Shown here in pieces: positions 19,894 to 29,493 of a stretch of 64,000 bases of DNA. Below the pieces are notes generated by a model. It worked only from the letters and a program-made list of their open reading frames with translations. It searched no databases and had not been told where the DNA came from. Within the stretch, counting starts at the first letter, position 1. Every line of letters starts with the position of its first letter. A program made the translations under genes and the position numbers. Origin of the DNA: an uncultured Gemmatimonadota bacterium (lineage in GTDB: Bacteria; Gemmatimonadota; Gemmatimonadetes; Palauibacterales; Palauibacteraceae); the NCBI GenBank assembly GCA_964518305.1, contig CAZFDK010000009.1, positions 13,754-77,753 on the forward strand. The letters run 5' to 3'.

Positions 19894-20592
19894 ATGGGAC
19901 AGATCACCTGGCACGGACACGCCTGCACGGAGATCCGGACGGACGACGGGTTCCGCCTCCTGATCGATCCCTTCCTCACGGAGAACCCCATGGCCGACGT
20001 GGGGCCCGGGCACTTCACGGACGAGCTGGACCATCTGCTCCTCACCCACGGCCACTTCGACCACGTGGGTGACGCGTGGGGGATCCTTCGGGAGACGGGC
20101 GCGCAGCTCATCGCCACCTTCGAAATCGTCGCTTACGCCGGTGACCACGAGGACGTGGAGAACTCCCACCCTCTCCACATCGGCGGCGGCTACCGGTTTC
20201 CCTTCGGCCGTGCCCAGCTGACGCCGGCCCTCCACGGTGGTCAGGTCGCGGGCGAGAACGGCGGCCCGTACTCCACCTTCCCCGGTGGCTACCTGCTGGA
20301 GCTGAACGGCGGGACGACGATCTATCATGCCGGCGACACGGCTCTCATCAAGGACATGGAGCTCCTGGAGGGGCGGGTGGACGTGGCGCTGCTGCCCATC
20401 GGCGACAATTTCACCATGGGGCCCGCGGACGCCGTGCGGGCCGTGGAGATGATCGACCCGGACACGGTCATCCCGATCCACTACGACACGATGGAGGTCA
20501 TCGAGCAGGACCCCGAGGCCTGGGCCCGGGACGTGGGTGACCGGGCGGAGGTCGTGGTCCTGGAGCCCGGCGGCAGCCACGGCTACGCGTAA
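19894..20592 (+). CDS. Metal-dependent hydrolase (UPF0173, MBL fold)
   Basis: ITWHGHA, IDPFL..NP, THGHFDHVGD, YHAGDT, LPIGDNFTMGP, IPIHYDT. Confidence 0.92.
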   Translation: MGQITWHGHACTEIRTDDGFRLLIDPFLTENPMADVGPGHFTDELDHLLLTHGHFDHVGDAWGILRETGAQLIATFEIVAYAGDHEDVENSHPLHIGGGYRFPFGRAQLTPALHGGQVAGENGGPYSTFPGGYLLELNGGTTIYHAGDTALIKDMELLEGRVDVALLPIGDNFTMGPADAVRAVEMIDPDTVIPIHYDTMEVIEQDPEAWARDVGDRAEVVVLEPGGSHGYA

Positions 20593-20628
20593 ACCGACAC
20601 CAGACAGCTACCAGCACGCGGAGTTCCG

Positions 20629-22158
20629 ATGGAGCAGACGGATACCGACTGGAGCGAGAGAGCCGGGGTGCCCTTCCCCTTCCGGGCCCCGTCCACCCCC
20701 ACGGTGTTCGAGCGGTCGCGCCCGGGCCGTACCGGGACCACCGTGCCCGTGCCCGACGTACCGACCCGGGAGGTGGACGAGCAGATTCCGGAGCGCCACC
20801 GGCGCGAGCGGCCGCCGCGGCTCCCCGAGATGCCGGAGAACGAGGTGGTCCGCCACTATACGGAGATCTCGATCAAGAACCACCACGTGGACCGGGCCCT
20901 CTACCCGCTGGGGTCCTGCACGATGAAGTACAACCCGAAGGTCAACGAGGCCACGGCCCGGGCGCCGGGCTTCGCCGGCCTCCACCCGCTCACACCCCAC
21001 GACGCGGCCCAGGGTGCCCTCCGGCTCATGCACGGGCTGGGGGAGATACTGAAGGAGATCGCCGGGATGGACGCGGTGACGCTCCAGCCGCCCGCGGGAG
21101 CCCAGGGCGAGACCACCGGCGTCTACCTGATGCGTTCCTATCATCGGGACCGGGGCGAGACGGAGCGCTCGAAGGTCCTGATCCCCGACTCCGCCCACGG
21201 AACGAACCCGGCAACCGTGGCCCGGGCCGGCTTCGACGTGGTGGAGCTGGAGTCGAACGAGGAGGGTCGGCTGGACGTCGGCGCGCTCCGCGACGCGCTG
21301 GACGACCGCGTGGCCGGTCTGATGCTCACCAATCCGAACACGCTGGGCGTGTTCGAGAAGGACGTGCAGCAGATCTGCGACCTGGTGCACGAGGCCGGCG
21401 GTCTCGTCTACATGGACGGCGCCAACCTGAACGCCATGATGGGGGTCACCCGGCCCGGCGACATGGGCTACGACATGGTGCACTTCAACCTGCACAAGAC
21501 CTTCTCCACCCCCCACGGCGGCGGAGGACCCGGTGCCGGACCGGTGGCGGTCAAGGAGAGCCTGGCCCCCTTCCTCCCGGTGCCCGTGGTGGTGAAGGAG
21601 GGCGACGAGTACCGATTGGACTGGGACCGTCCGGACTCCCTGGGCCGGGTTCACGGCTTCTTCGGCAACTTCGGCGTCATGGTCCGGGCCTACACCTACA
21701 TCCGGATGCTCGGCCGGGAGGGGATCCGGGAGACCGCCGAGGCCGCGGTGCTGAACAACGCGTACCTGAGCGAGCGGCTGCGGGACGAGTTCCCGCTACC
21801 CTACGGGCGCGGCATGCACGAGTCCGTCTACACCGGCGATCGGCTCAAGCAGGAGACGGGGGTTCGCACCCTGGACGTGGCGAAGCGACTCCTGGACTTC
21901 GGCTTCCACGCGCCCACGGTCTACTTTCCGCTGGTGGTATCCGAGGCACTCATGACGGAGCCCACGGAGACGGCGACGCACGAGGAGCTGGACCAGTACG
22001 CCGAAGCCATGAACACCATCGCGACCGAGGCTCGGGAAGAGCCGGAGCGGGTGAAGTCGGCTCCTCACTCCACTCCCGTGCGGCGCCTGGACGAGGGCCG
22101 CGCCGGCCGCGAGCTGGACGTGCGGTGGACCTTCGATGACGACGAGTCCGGAGCCTGA
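20629..22158 (+). CDS. gcvPB: Glycine dehydrogenase subunit 2
   Basis: YPLGSCTMKYNP, SAHGTNPA, YMDGANLNA, HFNLHKTFSTPHGGGGPG (PLP Lys), EPTET. Confidence 0.98.
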   Translation: MEQTDTDWSERAGVPFPFRAPSTPTVFERSRPGRTGTTVPVPDVPTREVDEQIPERHRRERPPRLPEMPENEVVRHYTEISIKNHHVDRALYPLGSCTMKYNPKVNEATARAPGFAGLHPLTPHDAAQGALRLMHGLGEILKEIAGMDAVTLQPPAGAQGETTGVYLMRSYHRDRGETERSKVLIPDSAHGTNPATVARAGFDVVELESNEEGRLDVGALRDALDDRVAGLMLTNPNTLGVFEKDVQQICDLVHEAGGLVYMDGANLNAMMGVTRPGDMGYDMVHFNLHKTFSTPHGGGGPGAGPVAVKESLAPFLPVPVVVKEGDEYRLDWDRPDSLGRVHGFFGNFGVMVRAYTYIRMLGREGIRETAEAAVLNNAYLSERLRDEFPLPYGRGMHESVYTGDRLKQETGVRTLDVAKRLLDFGFHAPTVYFPLVVSEALMTEPTETATHEELDQYAEAMNTIATEAREEPERVKSAPHSTPVRRLDEGRAGRELDVRWTFDDDESGA

Positions 22159-23002
22159 CCGGATTCGCTGCCTGGAGGACGGGCCGGGCCGGGGAACCTG
22201 GAACATGGCCGTGGACCATGCTCTCATGGACCCTGCTCGGCGGGGAGAGGTGACGCTGCGCTTCTATCGATGGGATCCGCCCTGCCTCTCGCTGGGGCGC
22301 AACCAGCGGGCGGAGGGACGATACGACCCCGGTGCGGCGGAGCGGCGGGGGATCGACATCGTGCGTCGGCCCACCGGCGGGCGGTCCGTCTACCACGACC
22401 GCGAGCTCACCTACGCGCTGACGGCTCCGGACGACCTGTGGGGCGGTCTCCGGGCCAGCTACTCCCGAGTCAACGACGCTCTCCGCCGCGGTCTCTCCCG
22501 CCTCGGCGCTCCCGTCGGGGTGGCAGGGGAGCGCGAGGGACGCCGGACACCGGGCCCGGGCTCCCGCGCCTGCTTCCGGGACCCCCTCCCGGGCGAGGTG
22601 ACCGCCGGCGGCCGGAAGCTGGTGGGCAGCGCCCAGTGGCGGGAGGACGGAGCCCTCCTGCAGCAGGGCTCCCTCCTCCTGGCGGACGATCAGTCGCTGG
22701 TGGAGGAGCTCCGGGTCCGGCAGCCCGCCGGGGGCGGTACGGACCCCGGCGGACCGGATTCGGCCCGCGGTGCCGTGGAGGGTGACAGCGGTGTCTCGGC
22801 GGAGGCGGCCCATGCCGCCGCCCTGGAGCAGTTCCTGGACCCGATGCCGGGCTTCAGTCGCCTGGCCGATGCTCTCCGGGTCGGATTCCGGGAGGAGTTC
22901 GGTCTCGAGACCGTGGAGGGCGGGCTCCGGGACGCCGAGCGCCGGCGGGCCCGGGAACTCCGGGAGCGGTACGAGGACGACGAGTGGACGTGGCGCCGGT
23001 GA
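22136..23002 (+). CDS. Lipoate-protein ligase / octanoyltransferase (LipM-like)
   Basis: NMAVDHAL, LRFYRW.PP.LSLGRNQ, RRPTGGR.VYH, ACF, KLVGSAQ, LQQGS. Confidence 0.9.
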   Translation: MTTSPEPDRIRCLEDGPGRGTWNMAVDHALMDPARRGEVTLRFYRWDPPCLSLGRNQRAEGRYDPGAAERRGIDIVRRPTGGRSVYHDRELTYALTAPDDLWGGLRASYSRVNDALRRGLSRLGAPVGVAGEREGRRTPGPGSRACFRDPLPGEVTAGGRKLVGSAQWREDGALLQQGSLLLADDQSLVEELRVRQPAGGGTDPGGPDSARGAVEGDSGVSAEAAHAAALEQFLDPMPGFSRLADALRVGFREEFGLETVEGGLRDAERRRARELRERYEDDEWTWRR

Positions 23003-23016
23003 CCGGACCGGGGACG

Positions 23017-24657
23017 ATGTCTCCGGTCCGCGCCCTGGCCGCCGGGGCCGCGCTCCTCGTGGCGGCTGTGTCGGGATGCGGGGAGGGAAACGGCGACGGG
23101 AGCTCTCCCGGTCCGGCTGCGGGCCCCGGTGCCGACTCCGCCCGGTTCGGCGGATCGGCGGTGGTGGCCGGGCGGGAGGAGATCTCCTCCATGAACGCGC
23201 TGGTCTCCACGGGCACCGCGGCGGCGCAGCTCCAGCGCCACGTCCTCTTCACGACGCTAGTCCGCTACGACTCCCTCCTGCGGCCGCGACCCTACCTGGC
23301 GCGGTCCTGGGAGGTGGGCGACGACAGCACCGAGGTGGTGTTCCGCCTTCGGGAGGACGTCCGCTGGCACGACGGCGAGCCCACCACTGCCGAGGACGTG
23401 GCGTTCACCTTCCGGCGGGCGAAGGACCCGCAGGTCCCCTTCGCCAACCGCAGCTACTTCGCGCGCTGGGACTCGGTGGAGGTGCTCGATCCGTACACCG
23501 TCCGGTTCCACGTACGTCCCACCTATGCCCTCCTCCTCGGGTGGGTGAACACGCCGATCATGCCGGAGCACGTTTTGGGGGCGGTGCCCGATACGGCCCT
23601 GCGCACGCACCCCTTCGGCACGCGGTCGCCCGTGGGTAACGGGCCGTTCCGATTCGTGGACCACCGCGCCGGCGAGCGCTGGGTCTTCGAGGCCAACCCG
23701 GAGTTCCCGGAGGATCTGGGCGGCAGGCCGTACCTGGACCGCCTTGTGTACCGGGTGATTCCGGATCCCGCGGCGCGGATGGCGGAGCTCAGGAGCGGGG
23801 GCGTGGATTTCGTGCCGCGGATATCGCCGTCCCGGGTCGAGGAGGTTCGGAGCTCCCCGGACCTGCAGCTCGCCTCGTATCCGAGTTCCGAGTACGTGTT
23901 CATCACCTGGAACCAGCGCCGGCCTCTCTTCCGTGAGCCGCGGGTCCGAAAGGCTCTGACCATGGCCGTCGATCGGTCGGCCCTGGTGAGGTCGGTCCGG
24001 CAGGGCTACGGCCGGGTGGCCGACGCCCCGATGGGACCGTGGCACTGGGCCTTCGACTCCACCTGGGCGTCGCTCCCCCACTCGCCGGACTCGGCCCGCG
24101 CCCTCCTGGAGGCGGCGGGCTGGCGGGACCGCGACGGCGACGGCCTCCGGGAGCGGAACGGCCGCACGTTCAGCTTCGAGCTCATCACGGCCGGTCCTTC
24201 GCAGCGCCGGGACGCCGCTCTGCTGGTCCAGTCGGACCTCCGGGACGTAGGGGTCGAATTGAGCCCCACCGTCCTGGAGTTCTCCTCCCTCATCTCGGCG
24301 GTCACCGGCGCGGAGCGCGAATACGAGGCGGCGCTCCTCTCCTGGACCCGGGACCTGGTGGTGGACGACCGCGACCTGTGGTCTTGCGACCGGCCGGACG
24401 CCCCTTTCGCCTTCGCCGGCTACTGCAGTCCCGGAGTGGAGGCCGTCGTCGATTCCCTGGCGCTGGCCCGGGGGCGCGGCGAGCGCCGGCGCCTCCTTTC
24501 CATGTATCGCGAGATACTGGTCCGCGACCAGCCGTACACGTTCCTTTATCATGTAACCCGGCTGGACGCTCATCGGCGGACGCTGAGTGGGCTGACGCCG
24601 GACGCCCGCGGGGCATGGACGTCCGCCCGGAGGTGGTGGCTGGCGCCCGACAGATGA
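23017..24657 (+). CDS. Peptide/nickel ABC transporter substrate-binding lipoprotein
   Basis: Lipobox VSGC, LARSWEV, WHDGEPTTAEDV, PVGNGPF, RVRKAL..AVDR (SBP family 5). Confidence 0.92.
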   Translation: MSPVRALAAGAALLVAAVSGCGEGNGDGSSPGPAAGPGADSARFGGSAVVAGREEISSMNALVSTGTAAAQLQRHVLFTTLVRYDSLLRPRPYLARSWEVGDDSTEVVFRLREDVRWHDGEPTTAEDVAFTFRRAKDPQVPFANRSYFARWDSVEVLDPYTVRFHVRPTYALLLGWVNTPIMPEHVLGAVPDTALRTHPFGTRSPVGNGPFRFVDHRAGERWVFEANPEFPEDLGGRPYLDRLVYRVIPDPAARMAELRSGGVDFVPRISPSRVEEVRSSPDLQLASYPSSEYVFITWNQRRPLFREPRVRKALTMAVDRSALVRSVRQGYGRVADAPMGPWHWAFDSTWASLPHSPDSARALLEAAGWRDRDGDGLRERNGRTFSFELITAGPSQRRDAALLVQSDLRDVGVELSPTVLEFSSLISAVTGAEREYEAALLSWTRDLVVDDRDLWSCDRPDAPFAFAGYCSPGVEAVVDSLALARGRGERRRLLSMYREILVRDQPYTFLYHVTRLDAHRRTLSGLTPDARGAWTSARRWWLAPDR

Positions 24658-24675
24658 CGGGAGGGGGCTGACAGG

Positions 24676-25683
24676 TTGAGAGACGACGTTGGCCTGATCC
24701 GGTACGCCCTGCGTCGTCTCCTCCAGGCCGTGCCGCTCCTGCTGGCCGCGGCCACGGTGGTTTTCCTCCTTCTCCATCTGGCCCCCGGCGATCCGGCCGC
24801 CGCCTACCTGCACCCCGACGTGCCGGCGGATGTGGCGGAGCAGGTCCGGCGCCAGATGGGGCTGGACCGGCCCCTCCACGAGCAGTACCTCGCCTGGCTC
24901 GGGGCCGTCGGCACCGGCGACCTGGGGTACAGCTTCAGCCAGGGGCAGACGGTGGGTCGGGCCATCGCCGGAGCGCTCCCCAACACCCTGCTCCTGGGGG
25001 GCACGGCGCTGCTCCTCTCCTTCCTGGCCGGCGGCGCCCTCGGCGTCTTCCAGGGAACACGGCCGGGAACGGCCACGGATCGGACGCTGGGAATCACCAC
25101 GCTGGTGGCGTACTCGGTGCCGGGATTCTGGATCGCGCTCCTGCTACTCCTCGGCTTCTCCACCGCGCCGATGCGGGAGCTCCTCCCTCTCCCGCTGACC
25201 GGCGCGACGTCCGTGGACCACGGGCTCCTGGACCTCGGCGCCCGGATCATGGACCGGCTCCGGCACCTGGTGCTGCCCGCGGCGGCCCTCTCCCTGGCGC
25301 CGGCGGCGGCCGTGGCCCGCCACGCCCGCTCGGCGGTGCTGGAGGCCCGCGATGCCGACCACGTGCGTGCTGCCCGCGGCAGGGGGGTCCCGCCGTGGAC
25401 CGTCACCCTCCGCCACGTGGTGCGTAACGCCCTGCTTCCCATGACAAGCCTGCTGGGGCTGTACATACCGCGGCTCATGGGCGGGGCCGTGGTCCTGGAG
25501 GTCATCTTCTCCTGGGCGGGCATGGGCCGCCTCCTGTATCGGGGCGTGCAGGCGCGCGACTACCCGCTCGTGCTTGGTGCGACCCTGCTCTTCGCTGGAC
25601 TCGTGGTCGTCGGCAACCTGCTGGCGGACCTGATCTACGCCGCAGTCGATCCGCGCGTACGCTATCGCTCCTCCCGTGGCTGA
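24676..25683 (+). CDS. Peptide ABC transporter permease (DppB/OppB-like)
   Basis: APGDPA, GLDRP..EQY, GDLGYS, ARGRG, RNALLP, RDYP, DPRVR. Confidence 0.92.
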   Translation: MRDDVGLIRYALRRLLQAVPLLLAAATVVFLLLHLAPGDPAAAYLHPDVPADVAEQVRRQMGLDRPLHEQYLAWLGAVGTGDLGYSFSQGQTVGRAIAGALPNTLLLGGTALLLSFLAGGALGVFQGTRPGTATDRTLGITTLVAYSVPGFWIALLLLLGFSTAPMRELLPLPLTGATSVDHGLLDLGARIMDRLRHLVLPAAALSLAPAAAVARHARSAVLEARDADHVRAARGRGVPPWTVTLRHVVRNALLPMTSLLGLYIPRLMGGAVVLEVIFSWAGMGRLLYRGVQARDYPLVLGATLLFAGLVVVGNLLADLIYAAVDPRVRYRSSRG

Positions 25684-26830
25684 CACCGCGCGGCGGACGG
25701 CGGATCGGGTCGTGCCGGGGCTGCGTGCTCTGCGGCGGGGCGAGGCCGCGACGGGCGTCGTCGTCCTGGTGGTCTGGACCGGCCTCCTGGCGGTGGCGGG
25801 CGCCCGGTCGGGGAGGATCGCGGACACCGTCGTCGGTGGCGGTCCCGGCGAGTGGCTCGCGCTGGCGACCCTGGTCGGCGTCCTGGCGTGGTGCTGGACG
25901 CACGGTACCCGGAATCGCCCCCTGGAGGTGGGCCGACCGGGGGAGCGGGGAATTACGGGCGGCGTCATCGGAAGCGGCCCGGGCCGCACGGGGCTCCTCC
26001 TCGTGGCCGGTGTCGTGCTGGTGGCGCTCCTGGCTCCGTACCTGGCCCCCCACGATCCGGCGCAGCAGATCGATCCCGTGGCGGGAGCCCACCTGCCGCC
26101 GGGTCCGGCCCATCCGCTGGGCACGGACCGGCTGGGCCGCGACGTGCTGAGTCGTGCGCTCTACGGGGCCCGCGTCACGCTGGTGGCCGCAGTGCCGGCC
26201 GTCGCCCTGTCCGTCAGCCTGGGGGCGGCCGTGGGGGGCGTGGCGGGCTACGTCGGGGGAGTCGTCGATTCGGTCTCCATGCGGCTCGTCGATCTGTTGC
26301 TCGCCTTTCCGCGGATCGTGCTGCTGGTGGCGGCCGCCGCCCTCTTCGAGCCGTCCCTGGGCCTGGTGGTCCTGCTCCTGGGCCTCACGGGATGGATGGA
26401 CGTCGCCCGCCTGGTCCGCGGCGAAGTCCTGTCGATACGCGAACGGCCCTACGTACGGGCCGCCGAGGGCCTGGACCTGGGCCGCGTCCGGGTCCTGGGC
26501 CGGCACATCCTCCCCAATGCCGTAGGGCCGCTGCTGGTGGCGGCCACCCTGGGCGTGGCCGACGCCGCCCTGGCCGAGGCGACGCTCAGCTTTCTGGGCC
26601 TCGGCGTGCAGGCTCCCACGCCGAGTCTGGGGAGCATGGTGGCCGGCGGGCGGGACGCCCTGGTGGGTGCCTGGTGGGTGGTCGTCTTTCCCGGCGGCGT
26701 CCTCACGGCCGTGGTGCTGGGCTTCAACCTCCTCGGCGAGGCCGCTCGGGAGGCAGCCGGCGGTCGGCCGGTCCGGCGCGGGAGGGCGGCGACGGGAGCC
26801 GCCGACGCCCCGGGAGAGGAGCTCCCGTGA
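25676..26830 (+). CDS. Peptide ABC transporter permease (DppC/OppC-like) with extra N-terminal TM segments
   Basis: HPLGTDRLGRDVLSR, ARLVRGEVLS, HILPN, EATLSFLGLG, FNLLGE. Confidence 0.92.
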   Translation: MADTARRTADRVVPGLRALRRGEAATGVVVLVVWTGLLAVAGARSGRIADTVVGGGPGEWLALATLVGVLAWCWTHGTRNRPLEVGRPGERGITGGVIGSGPGRTGLLLVAGVVLVALLAPYLAPHDPAQQIDPVAGAHLPPGPAHPLGTDRLGRDVLSRALYGARVTLVAAVPAVALSVSLGAAVGGVAGYVGGVVDSVSMRLVDLLLAFPRIVLLVAAAALFEPSLGLVVLLLGLTGWMDVARLVRGEVLSIRERPYVRAAEGLDLGRVRVLGRHILPNAVGPLLVAATLGVADAALAEATLSFLGLGVQAPTPSLGSMVAGGRDALVGAWWVVVFPGGVLTAVVLGFNLLGEAAREAAGGRPVRRGRAATGAADAPGEELP

Positions 26831-28509
26831 GCGTCGCCAGGCCCCTGCTCTCGGTGACCGACCTCCGGGTGGACTACCGCTCCGGAGCGGACGCGGTCCG
26901 TGCCGTGGACGGCGTGAGCCTGGAGCTGGCCGAGGGCGAGACGCTGGGGATCGTGGGGGAGTCCGGGGCGGGCAAGAGCTCTGCCCTGATGGCGGTGCCG
27001 CGCCTGCTCCCCCCCGGCGGCAGGATCCACCGGCAGTCCGGGATACGGGTCGGCGGCGACGATGTCTCCTCCCTGGATCCGGAGGGCCTCAGGCGACTGC
27101 GAGCGCGCGAGGTCGGCGTGATCTTCCAGCAGCCCGGTTCGAACCTCAATCCCGTGCACAGGGCCGGCCGGGCCGTGGCAGAGGCCGTGCGGGAGGGCCG
27201 CGGGCTGTGGGGAGCCGACCTGCGGCGCGAAGTGTTCCGGCTCCTGGGCCGGGCGGGCCTCGAGGACCCGGAGCGCGTGTCCCGTGCCTACCCCCACCAG
27301 CTCTCCGGTGGCATGCAGCAGCGGGTGGCCCTGGCCGCGGCGGTCGCTGCGGAGCCCTCTCTCCTCCTCGCGGACGAGCCCACCGCGGCGCTGGACGTGG
27401 TCGTGGAGGAGGAGGTGCTGGAGCGGATCGCTGCGATGCAGCGGGAGGCGGGGATGGGGATGGTCCTGGTCAGCCACGACCTGAGGATCGTGGCCGGCGT
27501 CGCCGACAGGGTCGCCGTCATGCACGGCGGGCAGATCGTCGAGGCCGGCCCCGCCGAGTCCGTGCTGAGCCAGCCCGCCCACGAGTACACCCGGCGCCTG
27601 CTGGAGGCCGCGCCGCGGCTGGTCCCGGAGGGCGATGGGGGCGATTACACCGCGGCGGTGTCCCGCGCGGACGCGGGACCGAGCCGCGGTGACGCCGGCG
27701 ATGGCTCACCGGGGACCCCGCTGCTGGAGGCCCGGGGCCTCGCGCGCCGATACCGCCGCCGGGGATGGCTCGGGAGCGGTGGGGAGGCGGTGGAAGCCGT
27801 GGGGAGCGTGTCCCTGACGCTCCGGCGCGGCGAAGCCGTCGGTCTGGTGGGGGCGTCGGGCGCCGGGAAGAGCACCCTGGCCCGGCTCCTCACCGGCGCC
27901 GAGCAACCGGATCGGGGCGAGCTCCTCTGGCGCGGACGCTCCGTGGCCTCCATGGAACGCGAGGAGCGCGGATCGTACCGGCGCTCCGCGCAGCTCCTCC
28001 AACAGGATCCGTTCGCCTCCCTGAACCCGCGGATGAGGGTGGGCCGGGCCCTCCGCGAGCCGCTGGAGGTCCACGGCCTGGCCTCCGGCGCCGCTGCGCG
28101 TGAACGCGTCGAGGAGCTGCTGGCGCGCGTCGAACTGGATCCGGAATTCCTGGATCGGCGTCCCGCCGAGCTCTCCGGCGGCGAGCGGCAGCGAGTCGCG
28201 CTGGCCCGTGCCCTGACGCTGTCTCCGGCGCTGCTGGCTGCCGACGAGCCGGTCTCGGCCCTGGACGTCTCCGTCCAGGCCCGAGTCCTGGCGTTGCTGG
28301 CGGAGCTGAGGGCCGAGCTCGACCTGACGCTCCTGCTGGTGGCCCACGATCTGGCCGTGGTCCGTCAGGTGTGCGACCGCGTGCTGGTGATGCAGGCGGG
28401 CCGGGTCGTCGAATCAGGGACCACCGAGAGGGTCCTCCGGCGCCCGGAAGATCCCCGGACCCTGGAGCTTGTACACGCGGCCGGATCCCGTGAAGAATCA
28501 CTCCCTTGA
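26827..28509 (+). CDS. Peptide ABC transporter ATP-binding protein, fused DppD-DppF type
   Basis: Two ATPase domains: GESGAGKS/YPHQLSGGMQQR/ADEPT and GASGAGKST/LSGGERQR/ADEPVSALD. GTG overlaps the permease stop. Confidence 0.92.
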   Translation: MSVARPLLSVTDLRVDYRSGADAVRAVDGVSLELAEGETLGIVGESGAGKSSALMAVPRLLPPGGRIHRQSGIRVGGDDVSSLDPEGLRRLRAREVGVIFQQPGSNLNPVHRAGRAVAEAVREGRGLWGADLRREVFRLLGRAGLEDPERVSRAYPHQLSGGMQQRVALAAAVAAEPSLLLADEPTAALDVVVEEEVLERIAAMQREAGMGMVLVSHDLRIVAGVADRVAVMHGGQIVEAGPAESVLSQPAHEYTRRLLEAAPRLVPEGDGGDYTAAVSRADAGPSRGDAGDGSPGTPLLEARGLARRYRRRGWLGSGGEAVEAVGSVSLTLRRGEAVGLVGASGAGKSTLARLLTGAEQPDRGELLWRGRSVASMEREERGSYRRSAQLLQQDPFASLNPRMRVGRALREPLEVHGLASGAAARERVEELLARVELDPEFLDRRPAELSGGERQRVALARALTLSPALLAADEPVSALDVSVQARVLALLAELRAELDLTLLLVAHDLAVVRQVCDRVLVMQAGRVVESGTTERVLRRPEDPRTLELVHAAGSREESLP

Positions 28510-28535
28510 CAGTCATTCGGAGGGGCGGGTAGCTT
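28506..28535 (+). promoter_or_regulatory. Sigma-70-type promoter for exbB/tolQ
   Basis: TTGACA-N18-TAGCTT. Confidence 0.6.
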
Positions 28536-28626
28536 CACCGGTCCTCTTGAGAGGCCCGGGGTGTGCCATCGGCGCACGCGCCCCGGCATTCGCGCCGAAT
28601 TCGACCGAAGATGCATGGAGGTTAGG

Positions 28627-29316
28627 TTGAGCGGTCTCACGGTAGCAGCACTCTGGGCACTTCAGCAGGGCGGTCAGGGCAGTCCCCGACTCGGGGCCGG
28701 CCAGGAGCTGAACCTGGGCCAGATCTGGGAATCCGGCGGCTTCATGATGTGGCCGCTGGGAGCGGCCCTCGGCATCGGGCTCCTCATCATCCTGTGGAAG
28801 TTCATCGACATGCAGATCAAGTCGTCCAGGACCCGGAGCTTCCTGGACGAGGTCGACGAGCTCATCGTGGACGAGCGCCTCGGCGAGGCCCTCGCCATGT
28901 GCGAGGAGTCGAAGTCGCCCGCCGCCTCGGTCCTCCAGGCCGGCCTCCAGCGCCGGGACGAGGGCACCGAGCGGGTGACCCAGGCCATCGAGAACGCCGG
29001 AGCCATTCAGATGGTCAGCCTGGAGAAGGGGCTCGTCTGGCTCGCCACCATCGCCAACGTCGCCCCCCTCATGGGCTTCCTGGGTACCGTGATCGGGATG
29101 ATCCAGGCCTTCCAGGCCATCGAGATCGCCGGTGAGGTCCAGGCGACGCTGGTCGCCGGGGGCATCAAGGTGGCGCTGATCACGACGGCCACCGGGCTCA
29201 CGATCGCGATCCCGATGAACATCATGCACAACTACTTCGTCAGCCAGGTGGATCAGCTGGTCATCGACATGGAGGAGAGCACCCAGAAGATGATTGACGT
29301 GGTCCACGAGGGCTGA
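28627..29316 (+). CDS. MotA/TolQ/ExbB proton channel family protein (start at TTG 28627 after GGAGG, or ATG 28615)
   Basis: GGFMMWPL, LATIANVAPLMGFLGTVIGMIQAF, GIKVALITTATGL.IAIP. Confidence 0.93.
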   Translation: MSGLTVAALWALQQGGQGSPRLGAGQELNLGQIWESGGFMMWPLGAALGIGLLIILWKFIDMQIKSSRTRSFLDEVDELIVDERLGEALAMCEESKSPAASVLQAGLQRRDEGTERVTQAIENAGAIQMVSLEKGLVWLATIANVAPLMGFLGTVIGMIQAFQAIEIAGEVQATLVAGGIKVALITTATGLTIAIPMNIMHNYFVSQVDQLVIDMEESTQKMIDVVHEG

Positions 29317-29373
29317 CAGGGATCAGCCGGGACGACAGCGAGTTGCCGCCGGGCACGTCCGGCGGCCCGAGGG

Positions 29374-29406
29374 AAGGGGCCGGCTCGCCGCCGGCCCCTT
29401 TTCTTT
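29374..29406 (+). terminator. Rho-independent terminator after exbB/tolQ
   Basis: AAGGGGCCGGC-TCGCC-GCCGGCCCCTT followed by TTCTTT. Confidence 0.8.
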
Positions 29407-29493
29407 GACCATCGGTTCGGCCGCGTTCGACCCGCCGGTGTACGCAGCCATCCCCGCGCCCCCGAACCACGCCTCCAGCCCACCACGACCGCC

